NCBI GenBank assembly: GCA_963731915.1
Contig: CAVSXQ010000064.1
Location: 12,814 to 76,813 of the forward strand
Source: an uncultured Alphaproteobacteria bacterium
GTDB lineage: Bacteria; Pseudomonadota; Alphaproteobacteria; Rhizobiales; Xanthobacteraceae
DNA length: 64,000 nucleotides
Direction of reading: 5' to 3'
The position numbers were made by a program, and so were the translations under genes. The notes under the pieces are model-generated. The model worked only from the letters and a program-made list of their open reading frames with translations, had not been told where the DNA came from and ran no database searches. Positions within the stretch are counted from its first letter, which is position 1, and the number at the start of each line of letters is the position of its first letter. Positions 42,684 to 55,749 of this stretch are shown here, in pieces.

Positions 42684-43652
42684 CTAATCCACCTTGACGT
42701 TGGCGGCCTTGATGATCGGCCACCACTTTGCAATTTCCGCCTTCTGCCACTCGCCGAGCGCTTGCGGCGTCTGCTTGTCGCTGGGCGGCATCTGCAGGCC
42801 GAGATTTTCAAGCTGCTTGCGCACGGCGGGATCGTTCAGCGCCTCGACCGCGGCGGCGTTGAGCTTGGCGACGATGTCCTTCGGCGTGCCCTTCGGCACC
42901 CACATGCCCGACCACAGCGTCATGTGAAATCCGGGCAGACCCGCCTCGTCCGTGGTCGGAATGTCGGGGGCCGACGCGACGCGCTTGCTGTCGACGATGG
43001 CGTAGGCGCGGATGTTGCCGGCGCGGACCTGGGTGATCGAGTTCGAGGTCTGGTCGACGATCATGTCGATCTGGCCGGCGACGAGATCGTTCATCGCGGG
43101 TCCGGTGCCGCGATACGGCACATATTGCAGCTTGATGCCGGTGGCGGCTTCGAACGCCAGCCCGGCGACGTGGCTGCCGGAGCCCGCGCCTGCCGTGCCT
43201 GCGGCGGCGGGCGACGGCCGCGCCTTCAGCCAGTCCAAAAACTCCTTCAGCGTTTTCGCCGGCACCGCGTTCTTGCTGACGATGATCATGGGGTTGCTCG
43301 GCAGCAGCGCCACCGGCTCGAGATCGGCGACGAGGTCGTAGCCGAGCTTGTAGATCGCGCCGTTGGCGACATGGGTGCCGAGATGGCCGAACGAGACGGT
43401 GTAGCCGTCCGGCGGCGACTTTGCCGCGCGGCCGACGCCGATCGAGCCGCCCGCCCCCGTGACGTTCTCGACCAGCACGGCTTCGCCGAGCGTGACCTTC
43501 ATCCGCTCGGCGAGGATGCGGCACATCGCATCCGACGGCCCGCCGGCGGAGAACGGCACGATGATGGTGATGGGGCGTGAGGGGAAATTCTGCGCGATAG
43601 CGGCGCCGCCGAGGGCGAGCGTTGCAAGGACAGCCAGAACAATCTTCCGCAT
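42684..43652 (-). CDS. Tripartite tricarboxylate transporter substrate-binding protein (Bug/TctC family)
   Basis: PITIIVPFSAGGPSD; VENVTGAGG; VPYRGTGPAMNDLVAGQID. Confidence 0.93.
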   Translation of the reverse strand: MRKIVLAVLATLALGGAAIAQNFPSRPITIIVPFSAGGPSDAMCRILAERMKVTLGEAVLVENVTGAGGSIGVGRAAKSPPDGYTVSFGHLGTHVANGAIYKLGYDLVADLEPVALLPSNPMIIVSKNAVPAKTLKEFLDWLKARPSPAAAGTAGAGSGSHVAGLAFEAATGIKLQYVPYRGTGPAMNDLVAGQIDMIVDQTSNSITQVRAGNIRAYAIVDSKRVASAPDIPTTDEAGLPGFHMTLWSGMWVPKGTPKDIVAKLNAAAVEALNDPAVRKQLENLGLQMPPSDKQTPQALGEWQKAEIAKWWPIIKAANVKVD

Positions 43653-43676
43653 TACATCTCCCTCAAAGCCTCAAAT

Positions 43677-43753
43677 CGTCATCGCGAGGAGCAAGACGAA
43701 GCAATGCATCTCGGTCGCAGCGATATGGATTGCTTCGCTTCGCTCGCAATGAC
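43677..43753. repeat. CGTC-tagged palindromic repeat, family A, copy 1
   Basis: cgtcatcgcgag...gaagcaat...attgcttcg...ctcgcaatgac. Confidence 0.8.
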
Positions 43754-43758
43754 AGCCG

Positions 43759-45002
<1,244 letters not shown>

Positions 45003-45033
45003 GGATTGTTCTTTCTTGTTCATGGTCTCGTCG

Positions 45034-45132
45034 TCCGTCATTGCGGAGCGAGCCGCGAAGCGAATCCAAGCTTTGCTGCGAGACCGCTGTGCATCGCTTC
45101 GATGCGCTGGTCGAGCTCCTCGCAATGACGGA
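45034..45132. repeat. CGTC-tagged palindromic repeat, family A, copy 2
   Basis: tccgtcattgcg...cgcaatgacgga. Confidence 0.8.
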
Positions 45133-45135
45133 GCT

Positions 45136-46557
45136 TCAAATATTCAGCACGCGCCCGTAGGCATCCAGCACCGCTTCCTTCATCATCTCCGACAGGGTCG
45201 GATGCGGGAAGACGGTGTGCATCAGCTCTTCTTCCGTGGTCTCCAGGTTCATGGCGACCACATAGCCCTGGATCAGTTCGGTGACCTCGGCGCCGATCAT
45301 GTGCGCGCCCAGCAACTGGCCGGTCTTCTTGTCGAAGACCACCTTGATCAGGCCCTGATCCTCGCCGAGCGCGATCGCCTTGCCGTTGCCGACGAACGGA
45401 AAACGTCCGACGCGGATTTCGCGGCCGCCCTCTTTCGCCCTCGCCTCGGTCAGGCCGACGGAGGCGATCTGCGGATGGCAATAGGTGCAGCCGGGAATGA
45501 GGTTCTTGTCCATGGCGTGCGGATGCAGGCCCTTGATGGCCTCGACGCAGACCACGCCCTCATGCTCGGCCTTGTGCGCCAGCATCGGGGGACCCGCGAC
45601 GTCGCCGATGGCGTAGATGCCGGGGACGTTGGTCTTGCCGTAGCCGTCGATCACGACGCAGCCGCGGTCGGTTTTGACGCCGAGCTTTTCGAGCCCGAGA
45701 TCTTCGATATTGCCGACCACGCCGACCGCCGAAATCACCCGCTCGAACTCGACCGCCTGCGGCTTGCCCTTGCCGTCGTCGATGGTGGCGACCACGCTGT
45801 CGCTCTTCTTCTCGAGTTTCGTCACCTTGGTGCTGGAGAGGATCTTGATGCCCATCTTCTCAAAGCGCTTGCGGGCGAGGCCTGCGATCTCCGCGTCCTC
45901 GACGGGGAGGATCTGCGGCAGCACTTCGACCACGGTGACGTCGGAGCCCATGGTGTGGAAGAACGAGGCGAACTCGATGCCGATCGCGCCGGAGCCGACC
46001 ACCAGCAGCGATTTCGGCATTCGCTCCGGCACCATCGCCTCGAAATAGGTCCAGACCAGTTTCTTGTCGGGCTCGAGCCCCGGCAGCACGCGCGGCCGCG
46101 CGCCGGTCGCGATGATGATGTGTTTGGCCTGATAGGCGCCCTCGCCCAGCGCGCCCTTCGGCGCCTCGACCGCGGATTTCTTCACCGTGATCTTGCCGGG
46201 CGCGTCGATCGAGGCATCGCCCCAGATCACCGTGACCTTGTTCTTCTTCATCAGAAAGCCGACGCCGTCATTGAGGCGCTTTGACACCCCGCGCGAGCGC
46301 TGCACCACGGCCTTCGGATCGTAGGAGACTTTTTCGGCCGACAGCCCGTAATCCTTGGCGTGCTGCATGTAGTGATAGATTTCCGCCGAGCGCAGCAGCG
46401 CCTTGGTCGGGATGCAGCCCCAGTTCAGGCAGATGCCGCCGAGATAGGCTTTCTCGATGATCGCGGTCTTGAAGCCGAGCTGCGCGGCGCGGATCGCGGT
46501 GACATAGCCGCCGGGCCCGGAGCCGATGATGATGACGTCGAAGGAAGTGTCGGCCAT
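45136..46557 (-). CDS. lpdA: Dihydrolipoyl dehydrogenase
   Basis: [25 protein letters not shown]. Confidence 0.97.
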   Translation of the reverse strand: MADTSFDVIIIGSGPGGYVTAIRAAQLGFKTAIIEKAYLGGICLNWGCIPTKALLRSAEIYHYMQHAKDYGLSAEKVSYDPKAVVQRSRGVSKRLNDGVGFLMKKNKVTVIWGDASIDAPGKITVKKSAVEAPKGALGEGAYQAKHIIIATGARPRVLPGLEPDKKLVWTYFEAMVPERMPKSLLVVGSGAIGIEFASFFHTMGSDVTVVEVLPQILPVEDAEIAGLARKRFEKMGIKILSSTKVTKLEKKSDSVVATIDDGKGKPQAVEFERVISAVGVVGNIEDLGLEKLGVKTDRGCVVIDGYGKTNVPGIYAIGDVAGPPMLAHKAEHEGVVCVEAIKGLHPHAMDKNLIPGCTYCHPQIASVGLTEARAKEGGREIRVGRFPFVGNGKAIALGEDQGLIKVVFDKKTGQLLGAHMIGAEVTELIQGYVVAMNLETTEEELMHTVFPHPTLSEMMKEAVLDAYGRVLNI

Positions 46558-46589
46558 GTCGCTCGTTCTCATCGTCGCCGGACTATCTT

Positions 46590-46671
46590 CCGTCATTGCG
46601 AGGAGCCCTTGCGACGAAGCAATCCACTTCCGGTGGTGAAATGGATTGCTTCGCTGCGCTCGCAATGACGG
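46590..46671. repeat. CGTC-tagged palindromic repeat, family A, copy 3
   Basis: ccgtcattgcgag...gaagcaatcca...tggattgcttc...ctcgcaatgacgg. Confidence 0.85.
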
Positions 46672-46674
46672 CTG

Positions 46675-48026
46675 TCACACCATCATCATCACGGGGTTTT
46701 CGACCAGCCGCCTGAACGCGCCGATCAGCTCGGCGCCGAGCGCGCCGTCGATGGCGCGGTGATCGCAGGACAGCGTCACGCTCATGATGTGCGCGGCCTC
46801 GACCTTGCCGTTGCGCACCACCGCCCGCTCCTCGCTGGCGCCGACCGCAAGGATGGTCGACTGCGGCGGGTTGATCACGGCGGTGAAATGGCTGATGCCG
46901 AACATGCCGAGGTTGGAGACCGACGACGTGCCGCCTTGATACTCCTGCGGCTTGAGTTTTCGCGTGCGCGCGCGGGCGGCGAGGTCCTTCATCTCGTTGG
47001 AAATCGTCGACAGCGACTTGCTCTCGGCATTGCGGATGATCGGCGTGATCAGGCCACCGGGCATCGCGACGGCGACGCCGACGTCGGAATGCTTGTGCTT
47101 GACCATGCCGGCCTCGGTCCAGCTGACATTGCAGTTGGGAACCTGCTGCAGCGCCACCGCGAGCGCCTTGATGACGAAGTCGTTGACCGAAAGCTTGTAG
47201 AGCGGCTTCTTCTCCTTGTCCTTTGGCGCGGCGGCATTGATCTGTTCGCGCGCGTCGAGCAGCCGGCCGATGTCGCAGTCGATGGTGAGATAAAAGGTCG
47301 GAACGCTCTGCGTCGCCGCGGTCAGGCGCTGCGCGATGGTGCGGCGCATGCCGTCATGCGGCACGATCTCGTAGGAGCCCTGCTCGAACAGCGCCAGAAT
47401 TTGCTGGTCCGACATCGCCGGCGCGATGCTCGGCGCACCCGCGGGCGCGGCGGCCGGCGCCTTCAGGCCCTTGCCGGATTTGGCGCCCTCGACGTCGCGG
47501 GCGATGACGCGGCCATGCGGGCCGGAGCCGTTGATGCGCGCCAGTTCGATGCCGGCATCCTTCGCCAGGCGACGGGCGAGCGGCGAGGAGAAGATGCGGC
47601 CGTGACCATTGGCCTGCGCGGCGGGTGCCGCCGCCTGCGGCGCGGCGGCTGGTGCGGCGCGGCGCCGGCAGCTTTGCGGCGCGGTGCCGCGGCCGGTGCC
47701 GGTGCGGCGGGGCTGGCGGCGGGCGCCGGCGCAGCAGCCTTCGGCGCGCTTGCGGCGCCGGCGCTTGCCGCCTTCACGTCCTCGCCATCGCCGGCCATGA
47801 CCGCGATCACGTCATTGACCGGCACGTCCTGCGTGCCCTCGGGCACCAGAATTTTCGCGATGGTGCCCTCGTCGACCGCCTCGACTTCCATCGTCGCCTT
47901 GTCGGTCTCGATCTCCGCGATCACGTCGCCGGACTTGACCTTGTCGCCCTCCTTCTTGAGCCACTTGGCAAGGTTGCCCTTTTCCATGGTGGGCGACAGC
48001 GCGGGCATCAGAATGTTGATTGGCAT
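46675..48026 (-). CDS. pdhC: Pyruvate dehydrogenase E2, dihydrolipoamide acetyltransferase (frameshift in linker)
   Basis: Lipoyl domain [11 protein letters not shown]3-binding SSPLARRLA in a shifted frame; catalytic DHRAIDG. Confidence 0.93.
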
Positions 48027-48028
48027 TG

Positions 48029-48337
48029 TCAGTGACCCTGTTGCGACCGCGGCGTGGTGGAGCCCATGTCGGTCGGCCGCGCGATTTCGGCTTCGAACAT
48101 GTCGACGATGCGCGCCAGCGCCTCGTCCTCGGTGTAGCTCGCTCTCGCGGGCATAGGCGCGCGCGGCATGGCGCGCGACGTCGACCAGCAGCAGGCCCCA
48201 CATGTCCGGCTCCTCGAACGCGCGCTGGAACGCGATCGACAGCCCGCCATCGACCACGAAGGCGCGCAGCACTTCGGTGCGCGTCCTCGCGGCCCATCGA
48301 CGTCAGGCGGCAATGGCTGTTCCTTGGGACCGGCCAT
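48029..48337 (-). CDS. DUF5076 family protein (frameshifted)
   Basis: [13 protein letters not shown]... / [39 protein letters not shown] / [19 protein letters not shown], spread across frames. Confidence 0.8.
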   Translation of the reverse strand: MAGPKEQPLPPDVDGPRGRAPKCCAPSWSMAGCRSRSSARSRSRTCGACCWSTSRAMPRAPMPARASYTEDEALARIVDMFEAEIARPTDMGSTTPRSQQGH

Positions 48338-48343
48338 GGCGGC

Positions 48344-49750
48344 TTACCGATAGGAGACGGCCTTGGCGGCTTGCGACCACCTCGGCGACAGATGGGCAAT
48401 GCGAGCTTTTCGAGATTGGCGGCATAGGGCATCGGCACGTCCTTGCCCGATACCCGCGCCACCGGCGCGTCCAGATAATCGAAGGCGTGCTCCATGATGC
48501 GCGCGGCGATCTCGGCGCCGACGCCGGACTGCTGCCAGCCCTCTTCCACCGTCACCGCGCGGCCGGTCTTCTTCACCGAGGCGATGATGGTGTCGGTATC
48601 CATCGGGCGCAGCGTGCGCAGATCGATCACCTCGGCCTCGATGCCTTCCTTGGCGAGTTCGTCGGCGGCCTTCAGCGCGTAGGTCATGCCGTTCGACCAC
48701 GAGATGATGCGTGACGTGACCGCCGGAGCGCACGATGCGCGCCTTGCCGATCGGGATCACATAGTCGTCGAGCTTCGGCACTTCGCCGGTGTGGCCGTAC
48801 AGCATCTCGTTTTCGAGGAAGATGACCGGATTGGGATCGCGGATCGCGGCCTTCAAGCAGGCCCTTGTAGTCGGCGGCCGAGAACGGCGCGATCACCTTC
48901 AGGCCCGGAATCTGCGAGTACCAGGCCGAATAATCCTGGCTGTGCTGGGCGGCGACGCGGGCGGCGGCGCCGTTGGGTCCGCGGAACACGATCGAGCAGC
49001 CCATCTGGCCGCCGGACATGTACAGCGTCTTGGCCGCGGAGTTGATGATCTGGTCGATCGCCTGCATGGCGAAATTGAAGGTCATGAATTCGACGATCGG
49101 CTTCAGGCCCGACATCGCCGCACCAACGCCGACGCCGGCAAAGCCGTGCTCGGTGATCGGCGTATCGATCACGCGCCGCGCGCCGAATTCCTGCAGCAGG
49201 CCCTGCGTGACCTTGTAGGCGCCCTGATATTCGGCGACCTCTTCGCCCATGATGAAGACGTCGGCGTCGCGCCGCATCTCCTCGGCCATGGCGTCGCGCA
49301 GCGCTTCGCGGATGGTCTGGGTGATCATCTCGGTGCCGGCAGGCACTTCGGGATCGGGCTCGGCGACGGCCGCCGGCGCGGACGGGTCGTGCGGCGCCGA
49401 GATCATCGGCTTGCCCTCGCCGACCGGCGAGCGGCGATTCCGCGACTTCCTTCTGCAACCGGGCGCGGCGCCGCGGCCGGCGCCTTGCCGAGATCGGCGG
49501 CGCTCTCGCCGTCGGCCAGAATGGTCGCGATCGGCGTGTTGACCGCGACGTCGGCGGTGCCTTCCGGGATCAATATCTTGCCGAGCGTGCCCTCATCGGT
49601 CGCCTCGACTTCCATCGTCGCCTTGTCGGTCTCGATCTCGGCGATGACATCGCCCGACTTGATCGTCTCGCCTTCCTTTTTCAGCCATTTGGCAAGGTTG
49701 CCCTTTTCCATGGTGGGCGAGAGCGCAGGCATCAGCACTTGAATGGGCAT
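48344..49750 (-). CDS. pdhB: Pyruvate dehydrogenase E1 beta with N-terminal lipoyl domain (several frameshifts)
   Basis: Lipoyl domain; [33 protein letters not shown]. Confidence 0.93.
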
Positions 49751-49760
49751 ATCAGCTCCC

Positions 49761-49815
49761 GAGATCACTCTCTTAGTTTTGAGCATGATCTCGGAAACCG
49801 GTTCCACCGGTCATG
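49761..49815. repeat. Degenerate palindromic repeat related to 22301-22394
   Basis: gagatcact...ttgagcatgatctcggaaaccggt...tcatg. Confidence 0.55.
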
Positions 49816-49832
49816 TTGGTTCTGCGCTCGAA

Positions 49833-50857
49833 TCAGCGATAGACGTCGGTCCAGAGTTCGGACGCATCGGGCTCGGGATCGTGCTGGGCGAAATCCGCCG
49901 ACTGCGTTGACGATCTCGCGCACCTCGGCGTCGATGGTCTTCAATTCCTGCTCGCTGACCTTGGCGGCCAGCAGGCGGTTGCGCACCTGCTCGATCGGGT
50001 CCTGATCGTGGCGGATCTTTTCGACCTCTTCGCGGGTGCGGTACTTTGCCGGATCCGACATCGAATGGCCGCGGTAGCGGTAGGTCTGCATTTCCAGGAT
50101 GAACGGCCCCTTGCCGGCGCGGCACCAGGCGACCGCCTCGTCGCCGGCGGCCTTCACGGCGCGCACATCCATGCCGTCGACCTGCTTGCCCGGGATGTTG
50201 AAGGAGATGCCGCGCTTGGAGAAATCGGTCTGCGCGGACGAGCGCGTCACCGACGTGCCCATGGCGTAGCGGTTGTTCTCGATGACGTAGATCACCGGAA
50301 GCTTCCACAGCTCCGCCATGTTGAAGCTCTCGTAGACCTGGCCCTGGTTGGAGGCGCCGTCGCCGAAATAGGCGAGGCTGACGAAATCATTGCCGCGATA
50401 GCGGTTGGCGAAGGCCAGACCCGTTCCGAGCGAAACCTGGGCGCCGACGATGCCGTGGCCGCCGAAGAAATTCTTCTCCATGCTGAACATGTGCATGGAG
50501 CCGCCCTTGCCCTTGGAATAGCCGCCGCGGCGTCCGGTGAGTTCGGCCATCACGCCGTTGGCTTCCATGCCGCAGGCCAGCATGTGGCCGTGGTCACGGT
50601 ATCCGGTTATGACCTGATCGCCCTTCTTCAGCGCCATCTGCATGCCGACCACGACGGCTTCCTGGCCGATATAGAGATGGCAGAAGCCGCCGATCGCGCC
50701 CATGCCGTAGAGCTGGCCGGCCTTTTCCTCAAAGCGCCGGATCAGCAGCATGTCCCGCAGCGCCGCCAGTTCCTGCGCCTTGGTGAATTCCGGTGGGGAT
50801 CCGTTTGCCTTCTCCTGCCCTGATTCCTTGTGCGACGCTTTTCTTGGGTGCGGCCAT
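49833..50857 (-). CDS. pdhA: Pyruvate dehydrogenase E1 alpha (frameshifts near both ends)
   Basis: GFCHLYIGQEA; GDGASNQG TPP motif; RYRGHSMSDP. Confidence 0.95.
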
Positions 50858-51065
50858 GGCAATTCCGGATGAGAGAGACGGATCAGCCCTCTCTAACCCA
50901 ACTCAAACCGCCGTGAAAGGATTGCCGTGCGCTGGAGAAAATATTGCTATGCCGCACTGCAACGCGGCGCGACATTTTCGAAATCGATTTTGCAGTTTTT
51001 TGAAATTTGCGGACCGGCGTCGGACGTCAAGCCAACGACGGCGTGTCGTGACATCGGCTTGAAAA

Positions 51066-51383
51066 CTAGTTCGGCTTGAGGGTCCGGACCAGGTCGCGCG
51101 GATTGGCGTAGTCGAGCTGGAAGCGTGCGCGCTCGTCCAGCATGTCAGGGTCGACCCGGTCCGAGCGCAGCAGCGAAACCCGCTGCTCGCCCTGCGCCCG
51201 CTCCCGCTTCAGCCGCGCCAGTTCCGAGGTCAGCGCGATGATCTCCTGATCGAGTTCCTGCCGCGCGTTCAGCCCGTATTTGCCGGTATAGGCGTTGACG
51301 CCGAAATAGCCGACCATCAGCGCCGCCATCGTGTAGAGGGCGAGCCCGGTAAGGATCGATTTCAGTCGGGTGCGGGAGACCAT
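51066..51383 (-). CDS. ftsB: Septum formation initiator family protein (FtsB/DivIC)
   Basis: One TM segment; G.YG motif; coiled coil; DPDMLDERAR. Confidence 0.85.
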   Translation of the reverse strand: MVSRTRLKSILTGLALYTMAALMVGYFGVNAYTGKYGLNARQELDQEIIALTSELARLKRERAQGEQRVSLLRSDRVDPDMLDERARFQLDYANPRDLVRTLKPN

Positions 51384-51406
51384 GGCCGCAAGATGCGACG
51401 GCCGGG

Positions 51407-51421
51407 TTAATGGAATCCTAA
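51407..51421. promoter_or_regulatory. Putative CtrA box upstream of ftsB
   Basis: TTAA-TGGAATC-CTAA, one mismatch to consensus, about 25 nt upstream of the ATG. Confidence 0.45.
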
Positions 51422-51441
51422 AGGCGGGTCGGGCATGGCGC

Positions 51442-51523
51442 CCCGTCATTGCGAGCGCAGCGAAGCAATCCAGAGCTCGGCATAACGTACGATGGATTGC
51501 TTCGCTTCGCTCGCAATGACGGG
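51442..51523. repeat. CGTC-tagged palindromic repeat, family A, copy 4
   Basis: cccgtcattgcgagcg...cgaagcaatcca...tggattgcttcg...cgctcgcaatgacggg. Confidence 0.85.
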
Positions 51524-51532
51524 ATAGACCGC

Positions 51533-52089
51533 CTACCTGTTCTGCTTCTCGATGAACGCCGCAAACGCGTCGATATACTGCTGCAGCACCTTCTGCACCG
51601 CTTCCTTGGTGAGCTGGCCCTTGTCGTCAAAGGCGTCGCCGACGCCGTTCAGGTAGATTTCGGGCTGGCCGATGATCGGCCCGGCAATGCCCGGCAGGAT
51701 GTTCTGCAGATGCTTGGCCGCGCTGACGCCGCCGAGCGCGCCCGGGCGAATTGCTGACGATGCCGATCGGCTTGCCGAGGAACGAGCTCTTGCCATAGGG
51801 GCGCGAGCCGACGTCGATGGCGTTCTTCAACACGCCGGGGATCGAGCGGTTGTATTCCGGCGTGACGAACAGCACGCCGTTCGACTTCTGCAGCTTTTCG
51901 CGGAACGCCAGCCAGTCGGCCGGCGGGGCGGCTTCCAGATCCTGGTTGAAGAAGGAAATGCCGTCGCAGCGTGGTGACGTCGAGCTTCAGCGAGGCCGGC
52001 GCCAGCTTGGCCAGCGCATTGGCGACCTTGAGCGAAAAGCTCTCCTTGCGAAGCCTGCCGACGATCGTGACGATGGTATGGGTGGCCAT
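51533..52089 (-). CDS. NADPH-dependent FMN reductase (frameshifted)
   Basis: VG.LRKESF; TPEYNRSIPGVLKNAID; SPGALGG; spread over three frames. Confidence 0.88.
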
Positions 52090-52220
52090 TGAGATTTCCC
52101 TTTTGAAGCAGAAGCGCCTGCGCTCCGCTTACGCCGGATCGGCGAAAAGATGCAAGTGCATGAATTGCCTTTGCGGCTCCGGAAACGATGTCGTTCGCAA
52201 AATTGGGCTTGCAAAACGAA

Positions 52221-52247
52221 ACAGGCCGCCTGCGCGGAGCGGCCTGT
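52221..52247 (-). terminator. Terminator after the MDR dehydrogenase
   Basis: acaggccgc...gcggcctgt followed by a T-run on the minus strand. Confidence 0.6.
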
Positions 52248-52271
52248 CGCGCGGATAAGCACGTCCGCTCA

Positions 52272-53411
52272 TCAGCCCTTGCTCGGGTTGATCAGGAATT
52301 TCTCGCCGGTGGAGCGCTTGTTGTAGACCGCGATGTTGGCGAGCTGCAGCGTTTCCTGCAGCGACACCACCTTGCGTGTAGTGGCTGGCAAACGTGGTCT
52401 TGAGTTCGGACGCGACGCGCTGGCGCAACCTGCCGATTTCGGCCGGGCCGATCTTCTGCAGGAACGGCGTCAGCAGCCAGCCGCCGACGCCCCAGGTCAG
52501 GCCGAACGCCCGGCTCAATTCGGTCGGACGGTTGTCGAGGCTGCCGTAGATGTAGACCTGCTTGTACACGTTCGAGCCGTAGCGGCTGTATTCCTTGGCG
52601 GTCTTGTTGGCCGCGATCTCCATGCAGGTGAGGATCTGCCCCGCGAGCTTGCCGCCGCCGATGGCGTCGAACGCGATCGTGGCGCCGGTTTCCACCAGCG
52701 CGTTGGTGAGATCGTCCATGAAGCTATCCGCGGTGGAATCGACGACATGTTTGGCGCCGATCTTGTGCAGGATGTCGGCCTGCTCCTTGCTGCGCACGAT
52801 GTTGACGAGGCCGATGCCGTCCTTGATGCAGATCTTGTTGAGCATCTGGCCGAGGTTCGAGGCGGCGGCGGTATGCACCAGCGCCTTGTGGTTTTCGCGC
52901 CGCATGGTCTCGGTCATGCCGAGCGCGGTCAGCGGATTGACGAACCAGGACGCGCCGTCGGCAGGCGTGGTGCCGGCGGGCAGCTCCATCACGTCCCTCA
53001 CCTTCATGGTGCGGTACTGCGTGTACATCGCGCCGCCGATCATCGAGACCGTCTTGCCCATCAGCGCCTTGGCGGCATCCGAGGAGCCGGTCCTGATCAC
53101 GACGCCGGCGCCTTCATTGCCGACCGGCAGCGACTGATCGAGCCGCGCCGCCATCATCCGCATGGCGGCTTCCGGCATCTTTGCGGTGACCACGGGCGCG
53201 TCCTTGCTGCCGGAAACCTTGGCGGTCGACATGTCGGCCGGGCCGATCAGGAGCCCGAGATCGGACGGGTTGATCGGCGTCGCCTCGACCCGGACCACGA
53301 CTTCGTCGTCGGCCGGCTCCGGCGTCGGGACATTCACCAGCGACAGTTCGAGTTCGCCGCTCTTCTTGAGCAGCGAACGCAGTTGAAGCCCGCTCTTGCC
53401 GTCGCACTCAT
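52272..53411 (-). CDS. Zinc-binding/MDR family dehydrogenase (frameshifts near both ends)
   Basis: PINPSDL; GNEGAGVV; VNPLTALGM; HTAAASNLG. Confidence 0.88.
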
Positions 53412-53524
53412 CGCAATCCTCCCTGTTTCGGCGGCGCCGAATTGGCCGGGAGTGTTCGCAGGTTATGGCGAGAAGGCAAGCCTCAAAGTGCCGGCGGGGT
53501 GCATTCAGCGCAGCGCAGACGGCT

Positions 53525-55705
53525 AGACGATCAGCCAGTCATGCGGTGGCAACGACGTCAGTGACGCCGTTCGGAGTGATCGACGCGTCGGGACCGGGAT
53601 GGATGACGGTATCGTGACCGACGACATGACCGGACAGGTTTGCGAAGTCGGCGACGGGCGACGACGCGAACTGGATGACATCGTGATCATGAGTGTCCCC
53701 TGCCCGGAAATTGTTGATGACGTCGTGACCAAGGACTCGCGGAATACAAAATTGTCCCCGCCTGCGCTGTTCATCACCTCGTGTATCGCCCGTCGCGTTC
53801 GGTGTCACGCCCGAGACCGGGACCGTCGTGCCGTGGGAGGCGTCGTTGTTGCCAGAAGTTGGGCGTGGGATTGCCGGCGTCGCCAAAGTCCTGAGCCGGA
53901 AGCAGGCCGCCGGAATGCAGGACGCTGACGCCGATCGTGATGTCGGCGAATTTCAGCAGTTCGACATTGTCGAGGCGGTCGATGCCGTCGCGCCCCGCGA
54001 CGGCGTCGGTGACGACGAGCTTCATGTCATCAACGCCAATGTGGTAATCGCTCATCCGGCCGGTGAACACGGCGGTATCGCGGCCGTCCCCGCCGTCGAT
54101 CGTGTCGTTGCCGATGCCGCTGGCAATAACGTCACTGCTGATGCCGCCGGCGATGACATCGTTGCCCGACGCCGCCATCGATGCTGTCGTTGTCGGTCGA
54201 GGCGCCAAAAAACCAGTCGGGATGCGCGGCCGCATCGAAATGGATGCTGCGGACGTAAAGGTCGAATGTGCCGGGCATGCTGGCATTGGTGCCATCGGCG
54301 GGTGTGATCGCGACGCCGTTGATCGAGATCGCCTTGAAATGCAGCGCGCGTCCCAGGTGTGGATTTGATCAGTTCGATATCGAGGCTGTTGATGATATCT
54401 GGATTGTCAAAGGTCACCGTCATGGTCTGGTAGGCAGACGGATCGGCCGCCGGCCTGAACTCGAACACACCGGACACCTGCTGGCCGTTGACCAGGATGC
54501 GTGCCTGCGCGCCGACGCCGCTGACTACCGAGCCGTAGCCGGTGACAGCTGATGGTCGTCGTCGCAAGCCGCGTCGCGGCAGCGGGTCCGGCGGTGATGA
54601 GATCATCGCCGCGCCGGCGCGGATGAAGTCGTCGCCTAAGACAGCCATTGATGACATCATTGCCGCGGCCGATATCGACGAGGTCGTTGCCCGGTGATCC
54701 CGGTATCGTCAGCCCCGGCGCCAGACCGCCGCCGTGAAAGTATTCGGAGACGATGGCCTCGGCCGGCTTGCCCATCACCGAGTAGCCGGTGGGTGAGTAT
54801 TTGTTGTTGAGGTCCCACTGCCAGAATTCGACGCCCTTCAGCCAGCTGCCGCCATGCGCGCTCCAGACCTGGAAGAAGGCGTTGTAGGCGTCCGCCTGTT
54901 CGCCGACATCGGCGATGCCGCCGGCGTCCATCGCCGGGACGGATCGCGGTGCCGTCGAGGCTGCGATAGCCGACCTCGGTCATCAGAACCGGAAGGCATA
55001 TTTCACGGACAGGCCGTGCAGGAAATCGACCGGCGATTTATTGTCGAAGGCAGCAGCATAATAGGGATTGAACGGCACCTCGCTCCAGGCCTGCACCAGT
55101 TCCTGCACGGTAGGCGTAGTGCTCGACGTCAGCGGCGGATAGGTGTTGACGCAGATGACATAGAGCTGATCACAGAAGCAGATCTTTGAAGCTTAGTCAG
55201 TAGCGCGGCGTAGGTCAGTTCGCCATAGTAGACCTCGCGCACGGCGGAGATCAGATCGGTACAGTAAGAGCGATATTGCGCGCCGGACAGGCTGCTCATA
55301 TCGTTGCCGATGCAGAAAATCTCGACACCGCCGGCCTGCGCAATGCTGGCGAGATGCACGATCTCGGCCTTGTAGGAAGCAAAGAACGCAGCGAATCCAT
55401 CGGCGCGAAACTCGTTACCGGCGTGCCGTTCAGCGCCGACAGCATCGCCTTGAAGACGACAGAAAGTCATGCGGCCTGCGCGGCTTGAAAGACCGCCAGC
55501 AGGCTTAAATCGCTCTCAGTCTTGGCGGGCTCGGCATGGAAGTCGCTGCTGTTCCGCTAGAGGTACAGATACGCGTGGTCAATTCGATAGAATTGGAACA
55601 GAGAGATGCGATCTTCTGAAAGGACAGACTGGCAGACGCGCTAGAGAATTGTAAGTTGTATAAAGACAGGGCGCCAAAACTCTGGATCTCAAACATAGTT
55701 GCCAC
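53525..55705 (-). CDS. Secreted GH113-like TIM-barrel + carbohydrate-binding-like + RTX-type Ca-binding protein (heavily error-fragmented)
   Basis: Fragments MFEIQSFGAL, FFASYKAEIVHLA, FCIGN, VREVYYGELTYAA, MTEVGYRS, EQADAYNAFF, GKPAEAIV, GNDxIxGGxG repeats and DGIDRLDNVELLKFAD. Boundaries are approximate. Confidence 0.7.
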
Positions 55706-55749
55706 GTGCGCATCCCCGTAATTCACAGAGACGGTGTAGTGGAGCAATT

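Noticed and set aside
47870..49750. Near-identical DNA at the starts of pdhB and pdhC as a duplication or misassembly
   Set aside because: Both genes encode N-terminal lipoyl domains, which is the known architecture in many alphaproteobacteria.
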